Counted from the stretch's first letter, positions 40,115 to 51,686 are shown. The stretch: DNA of 64,000 nucleotides from an uncultured Verrucomicrobiae bacterium (GCA_963762565.1 CAVXLD010000013.1:1-64000); one strand, 5' to 3'. Notes: generated by a model from the sequence alone, not told the origin. A program made the numbers and translations.

Positions 40115-40915
40115 CTAATCTCTTCCCAACTCCCGGGCGCGTTCGGATGCCGCGCGTACCGCGGACATAATGGTGTGACGGAGTCCCCGGGCCTCTAAAA
40201 TCTCGATTGCTGCCATGGTTGTTCCACCTGGGCTGGCCACCATCTCCCGAAGTTCGGCCGGGTGTTTACCGGTTTCTCGGATCATCAGAGCGGACCCGAA
40301 CACGGTTTGTACCGCCAGCTCCAAAGCGACTTCTCGAGGGAGCCCCATCATTACGCCGCCGTCGGCCAACGCCTCTACGAAAGTGAAAACGTAAGCAGGT
40401 CCACTGCCGCTCAAGCCGGTCACCGCATCGAGTGCTGACTCGCGAACCCGATACACGATCCCGACGGAGGAAAACACCTTTTCGGCGACCTCCGCGTCGG
40501 CCATGGTCGCGTGATCGCCCAGGGCATAGGCGGTGGCGCCCTTGCCGATTAGCGAAGGCGTATTTGGCATCGCCCTGATCACCCGGGTCCGATGACCCGC
40601 AGCCTCTTGTAACCGGTCGATACTGATGCCGGCAGCAACCGAGATCAGCAATTTGCCATCGAGATATTGTCTCACGTCTTTCAGGAGCTGGAGCGAATCG
40701 GCCGGCTTAGTGCCCAAGATCACCGCCTCACACTGATCGACCAGGGCCCGAGGAGAGGTGCCATAGCGAATCCCAAGTGTTTTGACATCTTCAACGGCGG
40801 ATTCGGGGTGGCGATTAATGACAACGATGTCTTCTGGCCCTGAGCAACCCGCCTTTAACATGCCCTCTATCAGGGCTGAAGCCATTTTGCCAAATCCTAA
40901 GAATCCGAAGGTCAT
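40115..40915 (-). CDS. proC: Pyrroline-5-carboxylate reductase
   Basis: GFLGFGKM, ISVAAG, RAMPNTP, TGLSGSGPAY, SPGGTT. Confidence 0.96.
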   Translation of the reverse strand: MTFGFLGFGKMASALIEGMLKAGCSGPEDIVVINRHPESAVEDVKTLGIRYGTSPRALVDQCEAVILGTKPADSLQLLKDVRQYLDGKLLISVAAGISIDRLQEAAGHRTRVIRAMPNTPSLIGKGATAYALGDHATMADAEVAEKVFSSVGIVYRVRESALDAVTGLSGSGPAYVFTFVEALADGGVMMGLPREVALELAVQTVFGSALMIRETGKHPAELREMVASPGGTTMAAIEILEARGLRHTIMSAVRAASERARELGRD

Positions 40916-40954
40916 GCGTGAGAGGGAAGTAATCAGGCTGGAGACGGGATGCAA

Positions 40955-41170
40955 GGGGAGCGTTTCGGCGTGTGGGCGTTTCGGCGTATGGGCGTGTCGG
41001 CGTGGTGGCGCATCGGCGTACGGGCGGTGTGGGGACGCATACTTCGCCGGGCGCTGCGATCAGATGGGACCAACATATAAGTCCTATCAGTCCCATAGGT
41101 CCTATTCGATCGCGGGGCCCAGCGCACTCCACTACGCCGACGCGCCGCTACGCCGACATGCCGACACGTC
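40955..41170. repeat. Composite element: GGCGTGT/ACGCCGA 8-mer outer arms around a 9-mer core
   Basis: Homologous to 47800-48055 and 29575-29727. Confidence 0.85.
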
Positions 41171-41325
41171 CGCATTTTTCCTGAAACCTTGAACGTTGTT
41201 GCCGTGTATATGTCACAGAGCAGGAGGGGGTACACACCGTATGGCAATTATGGTATTAGGATCGACTATGCCTGGTTCTGTGTCTACGTTATGGGCTCGT
41301 TCGTGCTGGCAGAGAGTTCGAAACT

Positions 41326-42642
41326 ATGCATAAACAGGTCGCGACGCCGCCCTTGGCGGCGATCAGAAGAAAGCGTCCGAAGTGGTGGCGCAGGCTGATT
41401 ATTGCTGGAGTCATTCTAGCAATGATCGCTGGCGGATTTGCGCTTTTTAACAAGGGGAACCAGGTTGCGATTCGGGTGCAGCCGGCGGCTATCAGAGATA
41501 TCACCCAGACGGTGTCTGCAACGGGAAAAATCCGGCCGGAGGTCGAGGTAAAAATATCACCGGAAGTCGCGGGTGAAATCATTGAGTTGCCCGTCATCGA
41601 CGGACAACACGTCAACAAAGGCGATTTGTTGGTAAAAATTCGGCCGGACAACTATATCGCCAGCGTCCGGCAAGCGGAAGCCGCACTCAGCTCAGCTCAA
41701 GCTGATTCCCTGATGCAGAAGTCGCAGATGCTGAATGATGAGCTCGATTATCATCGTTCACAGGACCTTTTCCAGAAGCGCTTGACATCAGACTCGGATT
41801 ACAAAGCCGCTCAAACCAAAAGCCTGGTTTCGGAGGCGTCTTATGAATCGTCTCTACATCGCATTGCGGCCCAACAGAGTGCGCTCGCACAGGCTAAGGT
41901 CCTCTTGGATAAGTGCGTGATCTACTCGCCTATCGACGGAACCATCAGCGCCCTAAATAGCGAGCTCGGTGAAAGAGTGGTGGCTACGGGTGACTTTGCG
42001 GGAACTGAAGTCATGCGAGTCGCGGACCTCGAGTCTCTGGAGGCCCGGGTTGACGTTAACGAGAACGACGTTGTGAACGTGAAGCTGGGTGATCCCGTGC
42101 GAGTCCACGTCGATGCGTACCCAGGCCACCCGTTTCAAGGAACGGTCAAACGAATAGCCAGTACGGCGACGATCCAGAATCAAGGCACTCAACAAGAGGT
42201 CACCAATTTCGAAGTACGCGTCCAGATTCTTCATCCGGATTTACAGATTCGCCCCGGTATGAGCACCACGGTTGAAATCGAAACCCAAACCGTGCACCAA
42301 GTGATTACGGTACCGATTCAATCCGTTACGGTGCGAGATAAAGAAACCGGTAAGACAGCGGACCAAATGAGAGACCAACAGCTCGCCGACCAAGGTGGTG
42401 TCACTACGACGGACTTGGAACGGAAGGAACGTAAGAAGCTTGAGCGGGTGGTGTTTGTGAAGGTGGGCGAGACGGTAAAGATGGACCGGGTCGAAACCGG
42501 GATCGCCGATGACAATTATCTGCAGATTTTATCTGGGGTAAAAGCAGGCGACCAGGTCGTCAGCGGTCCTTATACAGCGATTAGTAAGGATTTGAAGGAC
42601 GGCTCAAAGGTAGAGATCGAGAAACCGCAAGATGCAAAGTAG
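41326..42642 (+). CDS. MacA/HlyD-like periplasmic adaptor
   Basis: N-terminal anchor, lipoyl motifs ([17 protein letters not shown]), IRPGMS. Confidence 0.93.
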   Translation: MHKQVATPPLAAIRRKRPKWWRRLIIAGVILAMIAGGFALFNKGNQVAIRVQPAAIRDITQTVSATGKIRPEVEVKISPEVAGEIIELPVIDGQHVNKGDLLVKIRPDNYIASVRQAEAALSSAQADSLMQKSQMLNDELDYHRSQDLFQKRLTSDSDYKAAQTKSLVSEASYESSLHRIAAQQSALAQAKVLLDKCVIYSPIDGTISALNSELGERVVATGDFAGTEVMRVADLESLEARVDVNENDVVNVKLGDPVRVHVDAYPGHPFQGTVKRIASTATIQNQGTQQEVTNFEVRVQILHPDLQIRPGMSTTVEIETQTVHQVITVPIQSVTVRDKETGKTADQMRDQQLADQGGVTTTDLERKERKKLERVVFVKVGETVKMDRVETGIADDNYLQILSGVKAGDQVVSGPYTAISKDLKDGSKVEIEKPQDAK

Positions 42643-43408
42643 TCCGGTGATGGCCAGGCCAGCAGCTGTGGTTCGACCTCAGGGCGAGGTTGTGATCCGG
42701 ATCGAAGGGATCACGAAAGAATATGTGATGGGTGAAACGGTGATCCGCGCGTTACGGGGGATCGATCTATTGATTCATCGAAACGAATATTTGGCGGTGA
42801 TGGGCCCGTCCGGAAGCGGGAAATCGACACTGATGAATATGCTGGGATGTCTCGATACGCCGAGCTCAGGCCGCTATGAGTTCAACGGGAAAGACGTCGC
42901 CAGCATGGAAGATGACGAGCTGGCTGAGATTCGGAACCGGGAGATTGGTTTTGTTTTCCAGACCTTCAATCTGTTACCTCGTTCTACGAGTCTAGAAAAC
43001 GTCGAGCTGCCGTTGATCTACGCTGGGCTCGGCACTCAGGAGCGTCAGCGAAGGGCAGAACAAGCGTTAATGGCGGTGGGTTTAGGTGAGCGAATGGATC
43101 ACAAGCCAAATGAATTGTCCGGCGGCCAGCGCCAACGGGTAGCGATCGCTCGAGCCCTGGTTAATCAACCGTCGATTATTCTGGCAGATGAACCTACCGG
43201 AAACCTCGACTCGCACACCGGTGAAGAAATTATGGGGCTTTTGGAGAGGCTGTACGAAGGCGGCAATACGATCGTGGTGGTGACGCACGAGGAAGAAGTC
43301 GCCGAACACGCGCGCCGCGTGGTCCGTTTAAGGGATGGAATTATCGAGAGCGACCAACGGCGGCTAGGCCATCGCTCGACAGCACCCGCCGGGGACGAGT
43401 TTTTGTAA
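42632..43408 (+). CDS. MacB/LolD-like ABC ATP-binding protein
   Basis: [36 protein letters not shown]. Confidence 0.95.
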   Translation: MQSSPVMARPAAVVRPQGEVVIRIEGITKEYVMGETVIRALRGIDLLIHRNEYLAVMGPSGSGKSTLMNMLGCLDTPSSGRYEFNGKDVASMEDDELAEIRNREIGFVFQTFNLLPRSTSLENVELPLIYAGLGTQERQRRAEQALMAVGLGERMDHKPNELSGGQRQRVAIARALVNQPSIILADEPTGNLDSHTGEEIMGLLERLYEGGNTIVVVTHEEEVAEHARRVVRLRDGIIESDQRRLGHRSTAPAGDEFL

Positions 43409-43532
43409 TTTTCCACCAAGCAGTTTAGTGAGTGAGCTGAGCCGCACAGAGCCAATGAATACGACCCGTTCAAAGCTTCGTATAAGGGCAGCGGCAAAAT
43501 ATTCCGCCCTATACGGAACATTTTGCCGCCAT

Positions 43533-43580
43533 AGCCCGCATCGCTCAAAAATGGCTAACCATTTTTGAGCGATGCGGGCT
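43533..43580. repeat. Perfect 22-bp palindrome with GCTCAAAAATG core overlapping the permease start
   Basis: Arms at 43533-43554 and 43559-43580; second hairpin at 43491-43529. Confidence 0.85.
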
Positions 43581-44822
43581 TGGATGGAGCTTTCAGAAAG
43601 CGCTAGGATCGCCGGACAACAAATCCGGGCGAACCGTACCCGCTCTTTTCTGACCGGCTTGGGGGTCATTATCGGGATCATCGCTGTTACCCTGATGGGG
43701 ATCGCCATCAAAGGCATCGATACCGGTTTTGATCAGAGCATGAATATGCTGGGCGAGGATGTTCTCTACGTTGAGCAATACCCTTGGACCGCGATCGACG
43801 ACTTTTGGATCTACAAGAATCGGCCGGACATCAGACCTTCCATGGCAGATAGTTTGAACGCGATCATCGCGGATACCCCCCATTCGCTGCTACAGCTTGC
43901 CGTCGCTGCTCCCAACATCTTCGCGACGGCGACCTATGGAAAGCGCCAACTAACTAACGTTTACCTGATGGGAACCACCGATCTTTACGCGGCGATTACT
44001 CCCGTCAACTGTCGCGAGGGCCGATTCATCGATGAAGTTGAGAGTCGAGGTGGCCGGAATGTCTGTGTGATTGGTACCGACGTGGCTCAAGGGTTGTTTG
44101 GGGGAGACGACCCGATCGGGAAGAAAATTCGTATTGCCGAGCAAGAATACGAGGTGGTCGGAGTGTTCGAGAAACAAGGTTCTTTTCTTGGGCTTTTCAG
44201 TTTCGATTCGCAGATCGTGATTCCGCTGGCCGCTTATGCCAAGTACTTCAAGACAGGCGCCGACAGCGCTTCTATCCGGGTAAAAGTCAAAGATAGGAAA
44301 CGGATGCAAGAAGCGCGGGAAGAACTGCGCAGCGACGTTCGACGCATTCGGGGGATATTGCCCGAGAAAGAAGATAACTTTACCATCAACGAGCAACAAG
44401 CCTTCCGCTCGACGCTTGGCCCGGTCAAAGCCGGTCTTGCTATTGCCGGTCTATTTATTACCGGGCTTGCGTTATTCGTAGGCGCAATTGGGATCATGAA
44501 CATCACCTTTGTCAGTGTGAAGGAACGAACCCGAGAGATCGGGACTCGCAAAGCTTTAGGCGCGCGCAGGCGCACCATTCTTCTCCAATTCCTGATCGAA
44601 GCAGTCTCCGTTTGTCTCTTAGCGGGAGTGATCGGGCTTGTCCTAGCCTTCTTGCTCTTCGGTCTGGTGACGTTGGCCTTTCCTTCTTTCCCCATCTCAT
44701 TCTCACCCGGACTAGTGGTGGTAGCCCTTGTGATTTCGGTAGTAACGGGTGTGATCTCCGGCTTCGCCCCCGCCTGGCAAGCGTCCCGCCTAAACCCCGT
44801 CGAAGCACTCAGGTACGAATGA
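43572..44822 (+). CDS. MacB/FtsX-family ABC permease
   Basis: RSFLTGLGVIIG, GIMNITFVSVKERTREIG, PVEALRYE. Confidence 0.95.
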   Translation: MRAWMELSESARIAGQQIRANRTRSFLTGLGVIIGIIAVTLMGIAIKGIDTGFDQSMNMLGEDVLYVEQYPWTAIDDFWIYKNRPDIRPSMADSLNAIIADTPHSLLQLAVAAPNIFATATYGKRQLTNVYLMGTTDLYAAITPVNCREGRFIDEVESRGGRNVCVIGTDVAQGLFGGDDPIGKKIRIAEQEYEVVGVFEKQGSFLGLFSFDSQIVIPLAAYAKYFKTGADSASIRVKVKDRKRMQEAREELRSDVRRIRGILPEKEDNFTINEQQAFRSTLGPVKAGLAIAGLFITGLALFVGAIGIMNITFVSVKERTREIGTRKALGARRRTILLQFLIEAVSVCLLAGVIGLVLAFLLFGLVTLAFPSFPISFSPGLVVVALVISVVTGVISGFAPAWQASRLNPVEALRYE

Positions 44823-45024
44823 AGTCACAGGAAAATCCCATAGGTCCTATAGGTCGCAATAAGGCCGGCCGCGCCGTAGGCTTGGCGGAGGCGGGTCCTA
44901 TCCGTGATGCGTCCGTGTGGGTTGTTTCTGCTAGTCGCGTTTGGGTGCCTAGCCGCGATCAAGGACCTGCCCAACGCTCAATCGAGCACGAGGACGAACT
45001 GCTAACCGCTAACCCTGAACCCCG

Positions 45025-46254
45025 ATGCTGACCCTCGAAATCATCCAGATGGCGTGGAGATCGCTAGGTGCTAACAAATTGCGATCGGCGCTCACGATTT
45101 CCGGGATCACGGTCGGAATTTTCTCGGTGATCAGCGTGATGACCACCATTTCCGCGTTACAGAATTCCATTGAGACTGGGCTGAGCTTCCTTGGAGCTGA
45201 TGTGTTCCAATTCGGTAAGTATCCAGGAAGCATAAATATTTTGGGGGACGAACGTTTCAAGAACCGCCGGAACATTGACTATCAGACTTATCTTACCTTT
45301 AGCCGGTTGGTTGGGGATCGCGTTCAACTGATCACACCGAAGGTTTTCGATCAGAATGTGCAAGCCGTATTTGAGAATCGGAAAACCAATCCCAATCTAG
45401 AAGTCTGTGGTACGAATGAGGGGTTTATCACTACAAATAACTTTCCGATTGCCACCGGGCGAAATCTTACGGCGAATGACGTTGAGCTTTCGCGTAATGT
45501 CTGCGTGATCGGGAAAGAGGCGGTCGATCGGCTTTTTCCCCAAGGCGGCGCAGTGGGGAAGACGATTCGATTGGATGGGAGGAGCTACGAAGTGGTGGGA
45601 ACTTTTGCACCGAAAGGCGAAGCTTTTGGCGCTAACGAAGATAATGCGGTGATCATCCCCATTACCAAGTTCTTTGAGAACTACGGGTCCAAGAATCGGA
45701 CCGTGAACATCGCCGTCCAAGCTCGGAATCAGATCGTTTACGAAAAGACCATGGGTTACGCGATTGGGGCTTTTCGCAAAGCTCGTGAACTCAAACCGGA
45801 AGACCCGAACGACTTCGAGATCTATAGCAATGATTCGTTAGGGTCAGCTTTCCGTAATATTGCGGGCATGGTGCGAATTGGTGCTTTCGTCATTAGCACG
45901 ATCGCATTGATCGCCGCCGGTATCGGTATCATGAATATCATGCTGGTTAGCGTGACGGAACGAACCAAAGAGATCGGGGTCCGCAAATCGCTGGGAGCCA
46001 GACAACGGGATATTCGTCTACAGTTTCTTTTGGAAGCGCTATTTCTTTCGCTCCTGGGCGCATTGAGCGGAATCGTTCTTGGGGTTGCCGCCGGCAACGG
46101 ATTTGCCGCGTTCGTCAAAGCCCAATTGGTTTTCCCTTGGGGTTGGTCCATTGCCGGCGTCCTGGTTTGTTCCGCCATCGGTATCATCTTCGGCCTGTAT
46201 CCCGCGCATAAAGCGGCTTCGTTAGATCCCATTGAAGCGCTTAGGTATGAATAG
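45025..46254 (+). CDS. MacB/FtsX-family ABC permease
   Basis: RSALT, GIMNIMLVSVTERTKEIG, DPIEALRYE. Confidence 0.95.
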   Translation: MLTLEIIQMAWRSLGANKLRSALTISGITVGIFSVISVMTTISALQNSIETGLSFLGADVFQFGKYPGSINILGDERFKNRRNIDYQTYLTFSRLVGDRVQLITPKVFDQNVQAVFENRKTNPNLEVCGTNEGFITTNNFPIATGRNLTANDVELSRNVCVIGKEAVDRLFPQGGAVGKTIRLDGRSYEVVGTFAPKGEAFGANEDNAVIIPITKFFENYGSKNRTVNIAVQARNQIVYEKTMGYAIGAFRKARELKPEDPNDFEIYSNDSLGSAFRNIAGMVRIGAFVISTIALIAAGIGIMNIMLVSVTERTKEIGVRKSLGARQRDIRLQFLLEALFLSLLGALSGIVLGVAAGNGFAAFVKAQLVFPWGWSIAGVLVCSAIGIIFGLYPAHKAASLDPIEALRYE

Positions 46255-46293
46255 GGCGCGAGAGGACCACTGCGCGTGCCACTCGCGATGCGC

Positions 46294-46465
46294 TTCGTTC
46301 TCGTCCTCGTCGTCGTCCTCGTCCTCGAATTCGGCTCCCGCGGAGTGATGGAGTAATGGAGCGTTGGAGTATTGTGCTAGACCGAATCGCAGCCCCGCAA
46401 CCATTCGGGCGCCGCTTCCAGGGCGCAGATGGGGGTTCGGCTAACCCAGGGTTGAAACCCTGGGT
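46294..46465. repeat. 6-mer/8-mer composite repeat followed by CCCAGGGTTGAAACCCTGGG hairpin
   Basis: Direct reading; inverse of 37544-37603. Confidence 0.8.
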
Positions 46466-46502
46466 TGTTCTCTTCGGCCATTTCATGGCCGGAAAATCGT
46501 CC

Positions 46503-46878
46503 TTATAGCGACCCCAGCATCGCCGTCAGGTCCACGATCGGTTGATTTTGCCGAATGCGATTGCCCCGCTCGGCCAGCAATCTAGCTTGAATCGGAGTCA
46601 AATTATTCAGGTCCAGCATCTTCTTAGCGACCGTGTAGATCAGAACTTCGCGGACCCCAACGATTTTGCCTTGCCGTACGTGGACAGAAATCCATCCTGC
46701 CGCCATGTCACCGGAAGTTCATAGACTATTTTCGCAGGAAGTCCGCGACGAATGTTTCTCGAAGTTCGCAGTCAAAACTGCACGACTACTTTCTGATTGG
46801 CATGGATTCGCCTTCGACGCAAAGACTCCGGCTGGTCCATGTATCCTGAAGGTCACTCATTCGTCCCACCGTACCGAC
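46503..46878. pseudogene. Rearranged phosphotransferase (APH/homoserine kinase II-like) remnant
   Basis: N-terminus MSPEVHRLFS..ILKVTHSSHRT on + from 46705; C-terminus-like REVLIYT..LDLNNL..RIRQNQPIVDL on - ending at 46503. Confidence 0.5.
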
Positions 46879-47346
46879 GGCCGGAAAACACCTCGCAAGG
46901 CCCAAATCGGGGAGGGCGCGCTGCCTGTCCGACATAGCCTGATGCATCCAATCGATTTTTCTCCCGCGTGGGCGACGTCGGATCCCCGCGCGCCGCGAAG
47001 ACGTGCCACAACCGGAGGGTGTATTTTTGTCCACGACTACAACACGCTCTCGGCTTTGCTAACAAAACGGATCGCGAGGACGCGATCCCTCCCGGGCGAT
47101 GCTCCGCGCGCAATCCACGACCGAAGCGCCATCACTTAATCACTGCGCTCAGCCGATTTATTACAAAACGCCACGATTGTGACAAAAAATTCACCTTCCC
47201 GGGCTTAGACTTAAGCCGGGTTTGCAAGGATTAATTCCGCGTAAGTCGCAGGCATTCACCTGGCAGGACGAGGGTGGTCTGATCAATGCGCAGTTTTTTC
47301 GGAATCGTCCGCGTTTTTCTCAGGAGGATCTCAGCGGCAAACAACC

Positions 47347-47788
47347 ATGACTATGAAACAATACCTCCTCTGTGGCGCTAGAATCGCCCACGTCAGTTGC
47401 CTCGCATTCCTGTTGCTGGGGTTCAGCCAAATAGTTAAGGCGCAGCCGACATCGACCAGTCCGGATTATTCGATCACGGTGTTCGCCAGCTGGCTCGTCT
47501 ACGGGGCTTTCGGCAACATTCCGGGTGTCGCGTACCGGGGATGTTTCTCTAGCGTTGCCAGTCTATCTGATGATCACGGATAGCTCGAAAGCATCATCTA
47601 CCACAACCGAGAAGACGGTCACGATCCCTGCTGGAGCATCTTCTGTAACGGTGTCTTTAGCGCTCGCGGCGAGCGATAGTTCAAAACAGAATGTCGTCGT
47701 CAGCGTCCAGCCCGACCCCAGCTACAACGTCCAACCGAATATCCTGAACACCGCAGTCCAAGTTCTATCACTTCCGTTGCCGAAGTGA
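47347..47788 (+). pseudogene. Secreted-protein remnant (signal peptide plus Calx-beta/Ig-like C-terminus in another frame)
   Basis: Signal peptide..AQPTSTSPDYSITVFAS, then RTGD..TVTIPAGASSVTV..PDPSY. Confidence 0.5.
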
Positions 47789-47799
47789 TGTTTGGCGAC

Positions 47800-48055
47800 C
47801 GGCCGGGCGTGTGGGTGTGGTGCACGCGCCCGGGCGTGGAACCCGCGCGGTAGTTCAGCGGATAAGCTCCGCCTTCGCCAAGCCTACGGCGCGACAGGCT
47901 TTATGGGACTAATGGGACCGCCATATAAGTCCCATATGTCCTATAGGTCCCATCCAATCGCAGGGTCCAGCGCGTATGTGTCCTCACACCGCTGGATACG
48001 TCCTTCGCTCACACGCCGATACGCCGACACGCCCATACCCCCACACGCCCCCGTT
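47800..48055. repeat. Composite 8-mer/9-mer element containing the nested 33-bp mini repeat (47867-47899)
   Basis: Homologous to 40955-41170. Confidence 0.85.
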
Positions 48056-48095
48056 CCGGCCTAGATTCTTAAACAACCCGGGCTAGATTGCCGTC

Positions 48096-50675
48096 ATGCG
48101 GATCGATCGTTTCACTGCGAAGATGCAAGAGGGTCTGCAAGAAAGCCAATCCTTGGCTTCTGAAATGCAGAACCAGGAACTGAGTCCCGAGCATCTCTTT
48201 CTTGCTTTGCTGCGGCAACCCGACGGGTTAGCTCGGCCGCTGCTCGAGAAACTTAACGTTCAGCCGAACGCGGTAGAAAAGCAGCTGGAGGACGAACTCC
48301 AGCGCAGACCCAAGGTCAGCGGTGGAAACGCGAGCCAAACCTTGGGAAGCGACCTTCGGAACGTCCTGGATCAGGCTGAGAAAGAGATGTCGAAGCTGAA
48401 AGACGAATATGTCAGCGTCGAACACTTTCTGTTGGCGTTGGTTGATTCGCCAAACGTCGCCGCTGGTAAAATCCTGCGATCGAGCGGGGTCACCCGAGAC
48501 CGGATGATGCAGGCGTTGCAGGCCGTACGCGGCGCCCAGCATGTGACCGACCAAAATCCGGAAGGAAAATATCAGACTCTGGAAAAGTATGGGCGCGACC
48601 TGACCGAAGCGGCGCGGAAGGGGAAGATCGACCCGGTGATCGGGCGGGATAAGGAAATCAGGCGAGTGATGCAGGTTCTTTCGCGGAGGACCAAGAACAA
48701 TCCGGTCCTGATTGGCGAACCGGGCGTTGGAAAGACCGCGATTGTGGAAGGGCTTGCCAGACGAATCGTCAGCGGTGACGTACCCGATTCGCTGAAAAAG
48801 AAACGAATCATCGCCATGGACCTCGGTTCGATGATCGCCGGGGCAAAGTTTCGGGGCGAATTCGAAGACCGCCTGAAAGCGTTTCTCAAGGAGGTAACGG
48901 AATCCCAGGGAGAAATCATTCTTTTCATCGACGAGCTGCATACCATCGTCGGAGCAGGGGCGGCTGAAGGCGCAGTCGATGCATCGAATTTACTTAAGCC
49001 GCAATTAGCGCGGGGCGAGTTGCATACCATCGGCGCTACCACGCTCGACGAATATCGCAAGCACATTGAAAAGGATGCCGCTCTCGAGCGCCGGTTTCAG
49101 CCCGTAATGGTGGATGAACCCAGTGTAGAAGACACGATCGCCATCCTTCGGGGTTTAAAGGAACGGTATGAAGTTCATCACGGTGTCCGCATTCAGGACG
49201 CAGCTTTGGTCGCCGCAGCCACTTTAAGTCACCGTTATATCTCGGACCGGTTTCTGCCCGACAAAGCGGTCGACTTGGTCGACGAGGCTGCTTCGCGCCT
49301 GAAAATCGAGCTCGATTCTCTGCCGACTGAGATCGACCAAATCGAACGCGAGGTCATGCAGCGCGAGATGGAGCGCCAGGCATTAAAAAACGAGAAAGAC
49401 GAAGCGAGCCGGCGAAGATTAGAGCGACTTGAAAAAGAGTTATCCGATTTGCGGGAGCAAAGCGCCCAGCTCAGAGCTCAATGGCAGAACGAAAAGCAGG
49501 TCATCGAGCAGTCGCGAAAGCTTCAGCAACAAATCGAGAACCTCAAAGAGGAATCGGAACAGGCGCAACGCCGGGGTGACTTGGGTAAAGCCAGCGAAAT
49601 TCAGTACGGACGATTACCCGAACTGAATAAACAGCTGGCCGACACCAATAAGCGTTTGAGCGAGCTACAGAAGTCGAAACAAATTCTCAAGGAAGAGGTC
49701 ACGGAAGAAGATATCGCAGAGGTAGTATCAAGTTGGACCGGGATCCCGGTTTCGCGGCTACAGGAAAGCCAAAGAGAGAAGCTGGTGCACATGGAGGACC
49801 GGCTCGGGGAACGCGTCATCGGACAGCGGGAAGCGATCAAAGCGGTTTCAAACGCGGTGCGGCGAGCCCGGGCGGGACTGCAAGATGAGAACCGGCCGAT
49901 TGGTTCTTTCATCTTCCTTGGGCCTACCGGCGTGGGAAAAACCGAGCTCGCTCGAGCGCTGGCTGAATTTCTCTTTGATGACGAGAACGCGATGATCCGG
50001 ATCGACATGAGCGAGTACATGGAGAAACACACCGTGGCTCGTCTGGTTGGCGCCCCTCCAGGCTATGTCGGGTACGAGGAAGGCGGCCAACTGAGTGAAG
50101 CCGTGCGCCGGAAACCTTACAGCGTTGTGCTCTTTGATGAGATCGAAAAAGCGCACCCGGACGTCTTTAATGTTCTGCTTCAGGTCTTGGATGACGGCCG
50201 GATCACCGATGGTCAAGGTCGCACCGTCGATTTCAAGAACACGGTCATTATCATGACCAGCAACATCGGCAGCCAATTCATCATGGATGCCACCGATAAA
50301 GACGTTCGTAACCGCCGGGTGATGGAAGCGCTGCGCAACCATTTCCGTCCCGAATTTTTGAATCGGGTCGATGAGATCATCATTTTCGATCGATTAACCG
50401 AAAGCGAACTGACCAAGATCGTCGATATCCAACTGGCGCGCGTGTTGAAGAGACTACAGCAACAAGGCCTGAAACTGACGCTCAAGGATAGCGCCAAACA
50501 TCTCTTGGCCAAGGAAGGTTACGATCCGGTCTATGGCGCTCGCCCGTTGAAGCGAGTGATCCAGCGCTTGTTGTTGGATCCACTGAGTCTCGCCGTCCTG
50601 GAAGGCAAATTCGCCGCCGGCGACACGATTGAGGCCGAAACCAAGGGCGACGAGCTCGACTTTAAAAAGGGGTAG
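48096..50675 (+). CDS. clpB: ATP-dependent chaperone ClpB
   Basis: Clp-N domain, two AAA modules ([16 protein letters not shown]), long coiled-coil middle domain, [13 protein letters not shown]. Confidence 0.98.
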   Translation: MRIDRFTAKMQEGLQESQSLASEMQNQELSPEHLFLALLRQPDGLARPLLEKLNVQPNAVEKQLEDELQRRPKVSGGNASQTLGSDLRNVLDQAEKEMSKLKDEYVSVEHFLLALVDSPNVAAGKILRSSGVTRDRMMQALQAVRGAQHVTDQNPEGKYQTLEKYGRDLTEAARKGKIDPVIGRDKEIRRVMQVLSRRTKNNPVLIGEPGVGKTAIVEGLARRIVSGDVPDSLKKKRIIAMDLGSMIAGAKFRGEFEDRLKAFLKEVTESQGEIILFIDELHTIVGAGAAEGAVDASNLLKPQLARGELHTIGATTLDEYRKHIEKDAALERRFQPVMVDEPSVEDTIAILRGLKERYEVHHGVRIQDAALVAAATLSHRYISDRFLPDKAVDLVDEAASRLKIELDSLPTEIDQIEREVMQREMERQALKNEKDEASRRRLERLEKELSDLREQSAQLRAQWQNEKQVIEQSRKLQQQIENLKEESEQAQRRGDLGKASEIQYGRLPELNKQLADTNKRLSELQKSKQILKEEVTEEDIAEVVSSWTGIPVSRLQESQREKLVHMEDRLGERVIGQREAIKAVSNAVRRARAGLQDENRPIGSFIFLGPTGVGKTELARALAEFLFDDENAMIRIDMSEYMEKHTVARLVGAPPGYVGYEEGGQLSEAVRRKPYSVVLFDEIEKAHPDVFNVLLQVLDDGRITDGQGRTVDFKNTVIIMTSNIGSQFIMDATDKDVRNRRVMEALRNHFRPEFLNRVDEIIIFDRLTESELTKIVDIQLARVLKRLQQQGLKLTLKDSAKHLLAKEGYDPVYGARPLKRVIQRLLLDPLSLAVLEGKFAAGDTIEAETKGDELDFKKG

Positions 50676-50695
50676 GGGATTTGGTCGGGACTAAC

Positions 50696-50899
50696 TTGGT
50701 GGGGCGAGGCTCCAAAACCTTATCAATCCCATATCGAATTGGCTTACTGGTGTGAATTGTCCGTAAAAGGTGGCAGCCTGGCCGAGCCGCTGCGTCGCGC
50801 CACCCGCGGCTCGGCCAAGCTGATCACGCGCTCTGATGGATCGGCCTTGTAGAACTAATTCGTCAGGAATCGGCCACATTTTTGGAGCCTCGCCCTACC
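50696..50899. repeat. REP-like doublet with cargo
   Basis: GGTGGGGCGAGGCTCCAAAA / TTTTGGAGCCTCGCCCTACC. Confidence 0.88.
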
Positions 50900-51014
50900 G
50901 TCATTACCGCGTAGCGGTCCGCCTCGCCCTACGATTATGGGGCGTAGCCGCCGCCTCGCCCGATCAAACATTTCCCCTGTTGAAATTGCGGCTAGGTTTA
51001 GAGAAATTCCCGAC

Positions 51015-51290
51015 ATGAAATCGGCTTATGAGCTCGCCATGGAGCGCCTTCAAAAAGATGCACCGTCTACCCCCTTAAACGCCGAACAACGCGCCCAGAT
51101 TGCCGAGATTGATTCTCTTTACAAGGCGAAGATCGCGGAAAAGGAATTGTTGCTGAAGAGCGAAATCGCCCAGGAACAAGCCAAAGGGAAATTCGATCAA
51201 GTAGAACAACTCCAAAAACAATTGGCCTCAGAACTGCGCCGCCTGAACGAGGAACGCGAGGAGAAGAAAGAGAAAGTACGGCGGGGTTAG
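51015..51290 (+). CDS. Hypothetical coiled-coil protein
   Basis: MKSAYELAMERL..., charged helical composition. Confidence 0.8.
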   Translation: MKSAYELAMERLQKDAPSTPLNAEQRAQIAEIDSLYKAKIAEKELLLKSEIAQEQAKGKFDQVEQLQKQLASELRRLNEEREEKKEKVRRG

Positions 51291-51514
51291 AAGTGATTGG
51301 TGATTAGTGATTGGTGGAAGAAACTTGGTAGGGCGAGGCTCCCGATCGGCCGACAACGGTTCGCAACGCTTTTGGCTTTATCCGTCGGATTAGTGTGCTT
51401 CACCTTCTTGCTCGCCGAGGCGCTGACCCATCGCGTGCTACGCAGCCCCGTCCCCCAATTGCTTCTTGCACCGATTCCCTTTCGGCGCTAACTAGTCCGT
51501 CCAGCTTTTCAAGC

Positions 51515-51587
51515 GGGGGTATAGCTCAGTTGGTAGAGCGTCTCGTTCGCAATGAGAAGGCCAGGGGTTCGAATCCCCTTACCTCCA
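51515..51587 (+). tRNA. tRNA-Ala (anticodon CGC), CCA not encoded
   Basis: GGGGGTA/TACCTCC acceptor stem with G3-U70, D arm AGCTCAGTTGGTAGAGC, anticodon arm TCTCG-TTCGCAA-TGAGA, GTTCGAATC T loop. Confidence 0.96.
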
Positions 51588-51686
51588 AATAACTTAGGCC
51601 GAGTTACTTACGAAAATAATATTGCCTACTCTCAACACTAATCCTCAGTCTTTAGCACTAACCGGCGACATTCCCGGGCGATCGCC

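Noticed and set aside
51395..51592. 65-aa ORF ending GGIAQLVERLVRNEKARGSNPLTS
   Set aside because: Translation of the tRNA gene.
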